Shown: positions 1 through 9,345 of the stretch, one piece after another
How positions within the stretch are numbered: the stretch's first letter is position 1
How the letters are laid out: each line of letters starts with the position of its first letter
Assembly: GCA_040904565.1 (NCBI GenBank)
Contig: JBBDTI010000083.1
Coordinates: 1 to 64,000 of the forward strand
DNA: 64,000 bases
DNA from: Rhodothermales bacterium
Lineage (GTDB): Bacteria; Bacteroidota; Rhodothermia; Rhodothermales; VXPQ01
Direction: 5' to 3'
Notes under the pieces: model-generated
The model's database searches: none
What the model was told of the DNA's origin: nothing
The model's input: the letters and a program-made list of their open reading frames with translations, nothing else
Position numbers and translations under genes: made by a program

Positions 1-55
1 CAATCGTGCCAATGTTGACGTGCGGTTTGCTCCGCTGAAAGGTCTCCTTAGCCAT
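1..55 (-). CDS. tuf: Elongation factor Tu, N-terminal 18 codons (runs off window start)
   Basis: Reverse strand from ATG at 55 reads MAKETFQRSKPHVNIGTI, the canonical EF-Tu N-terminus; downstream of the Thr-Tyr-Gly-Thr tRNA cluster. Confidence 0.97.
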   Translation of the reverse strand, partial: MAKETFQRSKPHVNIGTI

Positions 56-717
56 TTTTCTGCTGCTTTGCTGCGCTGGACTGAATAATTAACACGTACT
101 GATTTACACGTACCGCTGCCGGGAAGGCTGCGAGCCGCGATGAAGCGGGGCGGTGCAGGCGGCGACCTCGCTGTATCTTCGAGCGATTACCATCCGTGCC
201 GACTACCCATCGGAAGTTCACGTCCCACCGAACCCTACCCGCACACTACAAAACCAAGTAATATTTTTCCGATCACACCAACCGTGCGGCACCTGAACGA
301 TTCTGCTGCGAGTGAGGATAACCTCCGGCAGCATCCCGGTGGGTGTCGTTCCATCAGGCGATGCTCCAATAAACCACGCTACCCGCGTATACGGGAACGC
401 GGCTCCTTTGATCGCCGGAATCGCCCATCAGACGCACGGCCTTCTGCATGGGACCTCCATCATCCGATAGACGTCATCGATAAGAATATACGCATGTGAA
501 CATCCGATCGCCTCACCCACGCGTCCTTCACGCACGATTAACCAATGACTGATTGGCGTATGCCGTTTACCGAATAACGCTCAGCAGTCGACACGTCTTC
601 GCGACCCGGAAGTTCAAATATCATGTTGATTAGGGAGCGCTGGGAGTGGCTGACGTATGCTCCGCCTTGTGGGAACGGGCACCTCCAAGCCGATTCCCGC
701 CGGCATCTCCCGTCAAC

Positions 718-749
718 AAAAAGCGCATCCCGGCTCCGCCGGAATACGC
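718..749 (-). terminator. Intrinsic terminator after tRNA-Thr(GGT)
   Basis: Minus strand GCGTATTCCGG-CGGAG-CCGGGATGCGC followed by TTTTTG: 11-bp stem with two G:U pairs plus U tract. Confidence 0.75.
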
Positions 750-759
750 CCGCTGCGTG

Positions 760-831
<72 letters not shown>

Positions 832-846
832 GCTGCGTCCTAGAAG

Positions 847-919
847 AGCGGAAGACGGGATTCGAACCCGCGACCCTCAGCTTGGAAGGCTGATGCTCTA
901 CCATCTGAGCTACTTCCGC
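847..919 (-). tRNA. tRNA-Gly(TCC)
   Basis: GCGGAAGTAGCTCAGATGGTAGAGC...loop CTTCCAA...GGTTCGAATCCC; CCA not encoded. Confidence 0.97.
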
Positions 920-993
920 ACTACATCGGTTGACAGATTATCCTGAGCCCGGCGATGTCTCCACGCTCCACTAACCGTCAACCGTCAAAAAAG

Positions 994-1075
994 TGGGCAG
1001 GGGAGGATTCGAACCTCCGAACCCTGAGGGAGCAGATTTACAGTCTGCCGCCTTTGACCGCTCGGCCACCTGCCC
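994..1075 (-). tRNA. tRNA-Tyr(GTA)
   Basis: GGGCAGGTGGCCGAGCGGTCAAAGGCG...loop CTGTAAA, long variable arm, GGTTCGAATCC. Confidence 0.97.
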
Positions 1076-1145
1076 AAAAATGGGGGTGCATAATAATGCG
1101 GGACGACTCCAGCGTGCTCCCACATAGAAAGAATTTCAAATGAAG

Positions 1146-1218
1146 AGCTGGCGAAGGGACTCGAACCCCCAACCTGCTCATTACAAGTGAGCTGCTCTAC
1201 CAGTTGAGCTACGCCAGC
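1146..1218 (-). tRNA. tRNA-Thr(TGT)
   Basis: GCTGGCGTAGCTCAACTGGTAGAGC...loop CTTGTAA...GGTTCGAGTCCC. Confidence 0.97.
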
Positions 1219-1260
1219 TTCTTCACTGCTGAGCCGCAGCAGCGAAGGCATAGGACGTTA

Positions 1261-1289
1261 AATCTACCTGCCTTCTCGTGCCATATCAA
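1261..1289 (-). promoter_or_regulatory. Putative sigma70 promoter of tRNA operon
   Basis: Minus strand TTGATA-17 nt-TAGATT, about 40 nt upstream of tRNA-Thr(TGT). Confidence 0.6.
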
Positions 1290-1342
1290 CCGGCTTTTCG
1301 AACAGCGAATCCAACTAATCCTCCATCTCGAATGAAGTTTCC

Positions 1343-1975
1343 TCATTCTCGACCGGAAGAATTACTTCCATATCTTTTCAAATACCAGCGAACGGTCTGC
1401 ACGATGAGAATAAGACCCAGGACAGCAAAGACGACTCGCCCATAATCGCGCAGATAGCGCCCGACAAGCTGCCAGTTTTCACCGACGGCATATCCCCCGT
1501 AGACGATGAGGGTCGTCCACACGAACGCACTCAGCGTGCAATATGCCGCGGTAAGTGGAGCGTTCGTTCGGGCGATTCCAACCGTAAGGGAGATTACAGA
1601 ACGAAGGCCCGACAGGAATCGGTTGGCGACGACGAGTCCATATCCCCAGCGTGAGAGCCACCGTTCCGCTTTGTCGATCCGCTCCGTAGATAGCCAGGAA
1701 AATCGACTCGGATCTCTGAGGGAGTCACCGACCAGGTATCCGAGCGCATACATGGACATGAATCCTGCCGTACCGCCGAGGGTCGAAAGCAGCACGACGA
1801 TAAAGAAGTTCAGCTCACCTATCCCGGCGAGGTATCCACCGAATACAATCACGATATCGCCCGGAATGGGCGGGACGACGTTTTCGCCGTAGGCAATTAC
1901 AAACAAGGCGATATACGTCCAGGTCGGTGGGAGAATCTCGATCCACTGGACGACGTCCTGCACCACCTCATCCAT
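1343..1975 (-). CDS. dedA: DedA family membrane protein
   Basis: [10 protein letters not shown] and NRFLSGLR motifs; start taken at MDEVVQ, overlapping the ispF stop. Confidence 0.9.
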   Translation of the reverse strand: MDEVVQDVVQWIEILPPTWTYIALFVIAYGENVVPPIPGDIVIVFGGYLAGIGELNFFIVVLLSTLGGTAGFMSMYALGYLVGDSLRDPSRFSWLSTERIDKAERWLSRWGYGLVVANRFLSGLRSVISLTVGIARTNAPLTAAYCTLSAFVWTTLIVYGGYAVGENWQLVGRYLRDYGRVVFAVLGLILIVQTVRWYLKRYGSNSSGRE

Positions 1976-2456
1976 TCGGCACCCCCGTCTCCTCAATCAG
2001 GCATACGGCGTGCGCGGCCGCGCCGTCCAATCGACCTATGGCATCAAGCTGCTCGTTCGTCGTCGCCTTCACGGAGACGAACCCCGGCCGGATCGACAGC
2101 GCCTCCGCGATGACGTGCTGCATTCGATCGATGTACGGCTTCAGCCTCGGCCGTTCGAGGACGACCGTAGCATCCACATTCTGCACGCGATACCCGGCAT
2201 CGTCGAGCAGGCGTGCCACGCCGCGGAGCAGGTCTGCGCTGTCAGCGTCCTCCCAGCGCGGATCCGTATCCGGGAAATGGCGCCCGATGTCGCCGAGAGC
2301 AGCGGCACCCAGCACGGCATCAGCGACGGCATGCAGCAGCACGTCGGCATCCGAGTGGCCCAGAAGTCCCCGTTCGCCAGGTATTTCCACACCACCGATA
2401 ATGAGCGGCCTCCCGTCGACGAGTCGGTGTACGTCGAATCCAAATCCGATCCTCAT
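1968..2456 (-). CDS. ispF: 2-C-methyl-D-erythritol 2,4-cyclodiphosphate synthase
   Basis: [25 protein letters not shown] motifs. Confidence 0.97.
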   Translation of the reverse strand: MRIGFGFDVHRLVDGRPLIIGGVEIPGERGLLGHSDADVLLHAVADAVLGAAALGDIGRHFPDTDPRWEDADSADLLRGVARLLDDAGYRVQNVDATVVLERPRLKPYIDRMQHVIAEALSIRPGFVSVKATTNEQLDAIGRLDGAAAHAVCLIEETGVPNG

Positions 2457-3184
2457 GAGTCCTCCGCACGGTTGGTTTCCCGCATCGCCCACAGCGCCTC
2501 GGCCAGCAGCCAGTCATCGAGCGTGGTGATCTTGATATTCATCGGGCTGCCAGCGACGATGGTGACCTCACGGCCCATTCGCTGAAGGAGCGCGACGTCG
2601 TCCGTTCCGATATACCCTTCGGCCCGCGCCGCGCGGTGGGCTTCCCGGAACCACGCCGCACGAAATGCCTGCGGCGTCTGCATACGATAGAGGCCGGATC
2701 GATCCACCGTCTCCCCGAAGACATCGTCCCGGCCGCGGCGCAAGGTGTCCGTTGCCGGGACTGCGAGCGACGCGGCCCCACCCCGCCGCGCCGTATCGAC
2801 GACGCGTTCGATGCACGACGGCGGCACGAATGGGCGCACGGCATCATGCACCACCACGATATCCGTCCCGTCCGGAACCGCCGCCAGCGCCGCCGCGACG
2901 GATGCCTGACGGCTCGCCCCGCCCCGAACCAGAGCGTGGAGTTTGTGGATATCCTGTGCGCCGAGGCGCTCGGTCAGGCCATCCACGTCCGATTCGGGCG
3001 CAGCCACGACGATATGATCGATGGCCGGGGACGCCTGCAGCACCTGCAGCGTCCGAACGAGCAGCGACGCACCACCCAGCATCCGATACTGCTTGCGCGT
3101 ACCGCCCATGCGGCTGCCACGGCCGGCGGCCGGGACGAGCACCGTCGCTCTCGGTGATGCGTGCTCCACCAGATCGGATTCCAA
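2453..3184 (-). CDS. ispD: 2-C-methyl-D-erythritol 4-phosphate cytidylyltransferase
   Basis: [34 protein letters not shown] motifs; exact start uncertain. Confidence 0.96.
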   Translation of the reverse strand: MESDLVEHASPRATVLVPAAGRGSRMGGTRKQYRMLGGASLLVRTLQVLQASPAIDHIVVAAPESDVDGLTERLGAQDIHKLHALVRGGASRQASVAAALAAVPDGTDIVVVHDAVRPFVPPSCIERVVDTARRGGAASLAVPATDTLRRGRDDVFGETVDRSGLYRMQTPQAFRAAWFREAHRAARAEGYIGTDDVALLQRMGREVTIVAGSPMNIKITTLDDWLLAEALWAMRETNRAEDS

Positions 3185-3210
3185 GGCCGGACGTGACGAG
3201 AGTGGTATCG

Positions 3211-4257
3211 CTAGAGGATAAGCATCGCGTCGCCGAACGAGAACATCCTGTATTTCTCTTCCATGGCCACCTCGTAGGCTTCGAATACGAAATCGTAACC
3301 GGCAAACGCCGCGGCCAGCATAAGCAGCGTGCTCTTAGGCATGTGGAAATTCGTAAACAGGCGCTCCGTAATACGGAACTCGTAGGGCGGATAAATGAAT
3401 TTATCCGTCCATCCCCTGTCGGATTTCGAAATATAATCCGCCGAAAGGCTCGACTCGATGGCCCGAACGACGGTCGTCCCTATGGCCGTTACCGTGTTCT
3501 CCTCGGACTTGAGCGCGCGATTGATCGCGGAGGCCGTCGCCTCCGGAATAATAAAATTTTCGGAGTCCATCCGATGCTTCGTGAGATCTTCCACCTCAAC
3601 CGGGCGAAACGTACCCAACCCGACGTGCAGCGTAATCGGAAGCAGTTCGACGCCCCTGTCGCGGATTGCATCGATCAGCTCCGGCGTAAAATGGAGTCCG
3701 GCCGTCGGCGCCGCAACCGCGCCGCGTTTCTCCGCGAAGATCGTCTGATACCGCTCCCGATCCTCCAGCTCTACGTCTCGCTTGATGTACGGTGGCAACG
3801 GGGTCTCCCCGATCTCGTCGATCTTACCGTATAGTTGTTCGTTCGTGCCTTCAAAGACGAAGCGAATCGTCCGCCCACGTGAGGTCGTGTTGTCGATGAC
3901 CTCAGCGATCAAACCGTTCTCGAAGTACAGCTTGTTTCCGATACGGATCTTGCGAGCCGGGTCGACGATCACATCCCACAGCCTGCTCTCCGGATTGAGC
4001 TCGCGGAGCAGGAAAACCTCGATCTTCGCGCCCGTCTTCTCCTTGTTTCCGTATAGCCGCGCCGGGAAAACCTTGGTGTCGTTCACGACCATGACGTCAC
4101 CTTCCGAAAAATACTCCGGAAGGTCAGCCACCGTTCGGTGCTGGATGGATTTGTCCTTGCGGTCGAGCACCATGAGACGCGCGGAATCCCGCGGTTCGGC
4201 TGGGTACGTCGCAATGAGGTTCTTCGGGTATTCGTACTTGAAATCCGAGAGCTTCAT
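3211..4257 (-). CDS. queA: S-adenosylmethionine:tRNA ribosyltransferase-isomerase
   Basis: PLPPYI, YQT, AAPTAGLHF, TLHVGLGTF, TNFH, FGDAMLI; start at MKLSDF. Confidence 0.97.
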   Translation of the reverse strand: MKLSDFKYEYPKNLIATYPAEPRDSARLMVLDRKDKSIQHRTVADLPEYFSEGDVMVVNDTKVFPARLYGNKEKTGAKIEVFLLRELNPESRLWDVIVDPARKIRIGNKLYFENGLIAEVIDNTTSRGRTIRFVFEGTNEQLYGKIDEIGETPLPPYIKRDVELEDRERYQTIFAEKRGAVAAPTAGLHFTPELIDAIRDRGVELLPITLHVGLGTFRPVEVEDLTKHRMDSENFIIPEATASAINRALKSEENTVTAIGTTVVRAIESSLSADYISKSDRGWTDKFIYPPYEFRITERLFTNFHMPKSTLLMLAAAFAGYDFVFEAYEVAMEEKYRMFSFGDAMLIL

Positions 4258-4607
4258 GTAGTCTATACTATCGAGAGATATGCTAGATAAGTGGTGCCCG
4301 CAAGTGCCGCGCCACGGCTCCGTTGTCGCGTCGGAGAACCGGTGCCGCATCTTCAGCGTCGATCAATGGACGACCGGCAACCCGTGAAGATCCTCAACGT
4401 GAACCTCTCAAGGAGATCCTCACGTTCAACTGCTCCGGCGTGGGGTCACGCCGGCGCCGCATTGGATCGTGTAATCTCGAGCCGAGCCGAGCGGTTTCCA
4501 AACGCCTCAACGGGCGCTGCGTTTCCACGTGTTGTGAATCACGGTCGCCGCGCAGTAGCTTGGACACATTGCCGTTCGTTTATCGCGATTCTAACCGCGC
4601 ACCGTTC

Positions 4608-5105
4608 TTGCCGCACGTTCCCCGACAGTTCTCGAAATGGTTCGCCGCATTCCTTCTCGTGGCAGCCGTGGCGGTTGCCGCCTGCGATCACGGATTCGAG
4701 CCGCCGAACGAACCGACGACGGGGACGATTGTGGCGGACATTCAGTACGTCGGCCACCCGGATGCGTGGCCGCCGGAAAGCGAACTGCGCGAATTGCTCT
4801 TCATCGCGATGCGATTCGTGCCGCGGGACACGTCGGATTTTTTACAGCTCAACCGGATCGTGTTCAGCGATCGTCTCGCATTTCGGGTGGCCGGCGAGCG
4901 GGTCGTCCTTAGCGACGTTCCGACGGGCCCGTATCCCTATGCCGGCGTAGCACAGAAATTCGGCGGTGACCCGTTCGACTGGCGGCCGGTCGGACTCGTT
5001 GAGGATGACGGCGGCATGTTCGTGGTCACGGCACGTGAAACGACGTTCGTTACGGTCGAGGTCGATTTCGTGCATCCCCCCGACTTCCCTCCTGACGTGC
5101 CCTAA
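4608..5105 (+). CDS. Hypothetical lipoprotein
   Basis: Signal peptide with lipobox-like VAAC-DHG; stop overlaps start of TonB-dependent receptor (TAATG). Start uncertain (TTG 4569 or 4608). Confidence 0.75.
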   Translation: MPHVPRQFSKWFAAFLLVAAVAVAACDHGFEPPNEPTTGTIVADIQYVGHPDAWPPESELRELLFIAMRFVPRDTSDFLQLNRIVFSDRLAFRVAGERVVLSDVPTGPYPYAGVAQKFGGDPFDWRPVGLVEDDGGMFVVTARETTFVTVEVDFVHPPDFPPDVP

Positions 5106-7354
5106 TGTTCGGACGCATCACATATCGCTTGCTCGGCGCCGCGTGCCTCGTCGTTCTGCTGGGACCATCGGCCGCTTCCGCCCAGCATGGTACGCTCTTC
5201 GGGCACATTTCAGACGCCGAAGGATCGGCCGTTCCCGGCGCCCACGTTGTCGTGCAAGGAACGGCGCTTGGTGACGCGGCATCGACCGACGGATCGTACC
5301 TCATTCCGGGTATCCCCGCCGGCATGCATTGGGTGCGCGTCTCCGCCGTCGGGTATGCGACCGTCCGGCGCGACGTCGAGATCTCGGTCGGTGACAGCAT
5401 GCGGCTGGATGTCACAATCGCGGACGTCACGGTCGAGTCGGACGAGGTCATCGTCACCGCCGCCAGACGTGCCCAGACGACCGATGGCGTGGCGGCGAGC
5501 GTATCGACGCTCACCGCCCGCGAGATTACCATGCGAAATACCCTCGCGCTTGACGACGCGCTCCGCCACGTCTCCGGCGTCCAGGTGGCGGGAAACCAGA
5601 TCAACATTCGAGGATCGTCGGGATTCTCCTATAACACCGGAAGCCGCGTTCTACTGCTCGTCGACGGAATGCCTATGCTCCGCCCGGATACCGAAGGCGT
5701 TCCATTCGACGCGGTGCCCATCCACCAGATCCAGCGAATCGAGGTACTCAAGGGACCCGCCTCCGCGCTCTACGGCGGCGGTGCCCTCGGCGGCATCATC
5801 CACGTCATTACCAAGACATATCCCGACGAGCCGCAGACCTTCGTCGAGATCTATGGAGGCGCCTACGACCCACCCCGCTATGCGGTGTGGCGCCGCCAGT
5901 GGGACGGCGCCGCCGCGCCGCGTCCGCTCGGCGGACTCACCGTCGGTCACGGTCGGCCGCTCGGTGAACGGGTCGGGATGTGGACGAACGTCACCTACCG
6001 CTACGATGCCGGACACCTCAACATGAATCGCCGACGCAGCGTCCAGGCCTTTTCTAAGCTGACGTGGCGTCGGGCATCCGACGCCCGCCTTGACGTCCTT
6101 CTGGGCGCGAATCGCAGGAAATCGGACAGCTTCCTCTTCTGGAACGGGGCGCGAGATGCACTGAATCCCGGAAGCATCGAGGTGGGGCGTGCGACGGTCG
6201 GTACCGGCTCCGACGATAATCTCATCAACGAGATGACCTTTCAGCCATCGTATTCGGATGTTTTGACATCGGACCTACTGCTGGGCGTCCGCGCGCGTTT
6301 TATCGGGGTTCTGGTGCAGGCGCTCGATGAAGAGCTTCAGCCCAAGCCCCTGGCGGAAGGAACGATAGGCTTCCGGTATGGCGGTGAGGTGCAGCTCGAC
6401 TACGAACCCGCTTCGCGGCGGCGGTTTATCGCAGGTCTTTCTGCTGACGCCAATGCTACGCGGTCAGGCTTTTTCGACACCGACGACCGGCTCAGTCAAC
6501 CCGAGGCTGCCGTCTTCGGGCAATGGGAAGAAACCGTCGGCGGAAGCACCCGCCTGACAACCGGAGTACGGTTCGATACGTACCGCATTCGAGCCGGCCA
6601 TGTAGAACGGAAGGTCAGCCCGCGCCTGAGCGTTTCCGTGCCGCTCGCGTTCGAGTGGTCGATGCGGCTCGCTTACGGAGAAGGCTTCCGCGTACCGAGC
6701 GTAGCCGAGCGTTTCGTAGAAAACAGCGACTACCTCCCGGTCGTCTCGAACGTCGACCTGTTGCCCGAAACGAGCAGGAGCTACGAGGTCGGCGTGCACG
6801 GTGCAGGCCGCGCTCCGCGCACGCGATTCCAATACCGACTGGATGCGGCTGCATTCTGGAGCGACTACCGGCGCCTTATCGAACCGACGTTCCTTGCATC
6901 CAGGCGCGCCTTTCAGTTCGTCAATCTGACGAGAGCACGAATTCGAGGTGCAGAGTTGACCGCGGCACTCTCGACGCCATCCGAACGAACGGAGCTTGGG
7001 ATCGGCTATACGTTACTCGATGCACGCGACCTGTCGCTCGACCAACCTCTCTTCTTTCGATCACGACACGCCGTGAAGGCGACCGCCTCCACGCGTCTCG
7101 GCCCCGTCGAGCTCGGTGCCGACCTTCGATGGACGGCCCGGCCCGAAAGAGTGGATTCGGACTTCGCGCGTTTCGTTCGCGACGCCGAGATGATCGGGCC
7201 GACCCGGGTGCTGGATCTCCGAGCCGCGAGCAAGTGGCGTGGCGTGCGAGCTGCCCTGCACGTCAAGAATGCACTCGATTATTACTATCTAGAACGCCCG
7301 GCGCTCCTCGCCCCATACCGGCACGTCGTCCTCCAGATATCAACCACCTTTTAG
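5105..7354 (+). CDS. TonB-dependent outer membrane receptor with N-terminal CarboxypepD_reg-like domain
   Basis: Signal peptide, VIVTA TonB-box-like segment, plug motifs (IRG, LLLVDG, RIEVLKGPASALYGGGALGGII), C-terminal Phe. Confidence 0.93.
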   Translation: MFGRITYRLLGAACLVVLLGPSAASAQHGTLFGHISDAEGSAVPGAHVVVQGTALGDAASTDGSYLIPGIPAGMHWVRVSAVGYATVRRDVEISVGDSMRLDVTIADVTVESDEVIVTAARRAQTTDGVAASVSTLTAREITMRNTLALDDALRHVSGVQVAGNQINIRGSSGFSYNTGSRVLLLVDGMPMLRPDTEGVPFDAVPIHQIQRIEVLKGPASALYGGGALGGIIHVITKTYPDEPQTFVEIYGGAYDPPRYAVWRRQWDGAAAPRPLGGLTVGHGRPLGERVGMWTNVTYRYDAGHLNMNRRRSVQAFSKLTWRRASDARLDVLLGANRRKSDSFLFWNGARDALNPGSIEVGRATVGTGSDDNLINEMTFQPSYSDVLTSDLLLGVRARFIGVLVQALDEELQPKPLAEGTIGFRYGGEVQLDYEPASRRRFIAGLSADANATRSGFFDTDDRLSQPEAAVFGQWEETVGGSTRLTTGVRFDTYRIRAGHVERKVSPRLSVSVPLAFEWSMRLAYGEGFRVPSVAERFVENSDYLPVVSNVDLLPETSRSYEVGVHGAGRAPRTRFQYRLDAAAFWSDYRRLIEPTFLASRRAFQFVNLTRARIRGAELTAALSTPSERTELGIGYTLLDARDLSLDQPLFFRSRHAVKATASTRLGPVELGADLRWTARPERVDSDFARFVRDAEMIGPTRVLDLRAASKWRGVRAALHVKNALDYYYLERPALLAPYRHVVLQISTTF

Positions 7355-8277
7355 TCCAGCCGCACCATCTCATCAGATGCCACGCCGATTTCCGCCCGAT
7401 CGCCGTGCACCGCGGCGGCAAGCAGCTCGATGGAACGATAAAGCCTTGGACCGGGCCGATTGAAAAATGCATTCCCATCGACGAGAAACACGCGCCCGTC
7501 GCGTACGGCCCGGAGCCGGCCCCATTGCGGGCGTTCCGTCAGATAATGAAGATCATCCATTGCCGCCTCCTGGCCCACACCGCAAGGGCTCAATACCAGA
7601 ACGTAGGGGTCTTCCTGGACCATCTCCTCCCAGTTGAGTTGCACGGAACGCTCCCCGGGACGTGCGCAGACGGACCGAGCACCGGCCAACTCAACCAGAT
7701 CGGGCGTCCAGTGGCCGGCCGTCATGGCCGGCTCCAACCACTCGATGACGGCTACCGTCGGCGCCTCCGCCAACGACGTCGTTCGCTGAAGGCCGAGCCG
7801 GTCACGCAGCCGGCGAAGCCGCCTCTCCCCCTCGGCGACCACCTGCATTGCGGCGCTCGAGCGCCCCACGACACGACCGAGCGCAAGCGCGCTCTTGAGT
7901 ACTTCGCCGAACCTATACGCATGCAGCGAAAAAATCTCCACCTCGGGGCCCAGCGCACGGGCGACGGCCTGAGACAGCTGCTCCTCCGATACGGCACACA
8001 CGCGGCACTGCGTCTGGGTCAGGACCACGTCCGGAGCGAGATCTACCAGGCGATCCAGATCGACGTCGAACGGCGAAAGTCCCTCGCGGACCGCCTCGCG
8101 CACCTCCTCGTCCACCATCCGAGCGTCATCGGTTATCACCGCCGCGCTCGTGACGACGGGAAGGGCGTTGACTTCAGGGGGATAGTCGCAGGCATGCGAC
8201 CGCGCGACAAGATCATCCGTCCCCCCGAAAGCGGCGAGCCACTCGGTGGCGGCGGGCAGCAGAGATGCGACGCGCAT
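7351..8277 (-). CDS. ABC transporter substrate-binding protein, BtuF/Fe-siderophore class (cobalamin-binding-like)
   Basis: MRVASLLPAATE, SHACDYP, QTQCRVCAV, GHWTPDLVELAG, FNRPGPRL; no signal peptide seen. Confidence 0.85.
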   Translation of the reverse strand: MRVASLLPAATEWLAAFGGTDDLVARSHACDYPPEVNALPVVTSAAVITDDARMVDEEVREAVREGLSPFDVDLDRLVDLAPDVVLTQTQCRVCAVSEEQLSQAVARALGPEVEIFSLHAYRFGEVLKSALALGRVVGRSSAAMQVVAEGERRLRRLRDRLGLQRTTSLAEAPTVAVIEWLEPAMTAGHWTPDLVELAGARSVCARPGERSVQLNWEEMVQEDPYVLVLSPCGVGQEAAMDDLHYLTERPQWGRLRAVRDGRVFLVDGNAFFNRPGPRLYRSIELLAAAVHGDRAEIGVASDEMVRLD

Positions 8278-8474
8278 ATTGGGAGCTTCTATGGCCTTAG
8301 ATTCTACAAACACCCTAACTACGTGCGCGCTGGGGAGGTACGCGCTGGCGACGGGCCGCCTTTATGCACGCCTGCAACGGGCCCACACTGTGCGTGCTGA
8401 GAGCGGAACGTCAGTACGCACGCCGGCGACATGCCGCGATCGTTCACCTGCATCTGGAACCGAGTCGATCACAC

Positions 8475-9194
8475 TCACGGATTAGCGTCGTCTTCGACAT
8501 CTTTTTGCGATTCCGTCCGGCGTAGACGGAACGAACTCTCCGGCTCAGGCTGCCCCAGACCGGACAGGCGATTCCACTGCGACCTGCGCAGCGATAGACT
8601 CGAGAGAAAAGGAAGTTTCCGTACGGCGGGAAGGCTGTGACCGCCCTGCACCGATCTTACCTCTTCGATACTCACGAACGCACTGGGGTCCGACCGCCGA
8701 ATGATATCGATCACCTGAGACACGCGGCGACGCGGCACGACGACGTTGAGAATGTCTACGCTGCTCTCACGTCCCCGGCCCTCCAGCTCCGTCACGGCGA
8801 ATCCGCCGTCGCGAAGCTGCCTGGCGGCGGCGACGCTTCCCTGCTCCTGGTTCGAATCCGGCGCACTACGCCGCACGACGGCGTGAACGACGCTCGTGCC
8901 GAGAGCCACGTACTCTTCGAGCCAGATACCAACGTACGTGCCGACGGCGAATCCGCCTGCGTATCCGAGCACGTGGAGAATGGAGTTTAGGTGCTCGATC
9001 GCCATACCCACGGCAACCAGCCAGATCAGCACTTCCACGAACCCGAGCAGCGACGCAACGAGACGATGACCCCGGACGGCGAGGATCATTCGCATCATGG
9101 CCATCGACACGTCAGCGACGCGGAGCAGGGCGATAAGAAGCGCACCGATCGGCGCGGCGAATACAGAATCCAGCGGCATGAAGCCAGTCGACAT
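8475..9194 (-). CDS. UPF0316 / DUF5698-DUF2179 membrane protein
   Basis: RVADVS...R, GFVEVLIW, YAGGFAVGTYVG, C-terminal DPSAFVSIEEVR. Confidence 0.85.
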   Translation of the reverse strand: MSTGFMPLDSVFAAPIGALLIALLRVADVSMAMMRMILAVRGHRLVASLLGFVEVLIWLVAVGMAIEHLNSILHVLGYAGGFAVGTYVGIWLEEYVALGTSVVHAVVRRSAPDSNQEQGSVAAARQLRDGGFAVTELEGRGRESSVDILNVVVPRRRVSQVIDIIRRSDPSAFVSIEEVRSVQGGHSLPAVRKLPFLSSLSLRRSQWNRLSGLGQPEPESSFRLRRTESQKDVEDDANP

Positions 9195-9345
9195 CTTTCG
9201 TTCAGAACGGCGGCAATCAGTATGCCTCGTGTAATCGAGACACGATCTCATTCAGCGGTTGGTAGGCCGCACTGATGGGGATCCGACGGGTTTCACTACC
9301 TCTGCATCGATATTGCTCCTTATCGACATCGGTAGCGCGATGCCG

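Noticed and set aside
140-499. 119-aa ORF in the tuf-tRNA spacer
   Set aside because: No recognisable motif, no RBS, Arg/Pro/Ser-rich composition typical of spurious ORFs.
4258-4607. Cobalamin riboswitch upstream of the TonB receptor operon (also checked upstream of the BtuF-like gene and icmF)
   Set aside because: No B12-box/GGGAA core recognised by eye; only a short CCGGCGTG/CACGCCGG hairpin. An Infernal scan would be decisive.
6523-8400. 625-aa plus-strand ORF and other long shadow ORFs (e.g. 25604-27199, 40864-42096, 54538-55758)
   Set aside because: Alternative-frame or antisense to well-supported genes in GC-rich DNA; no family motifs.
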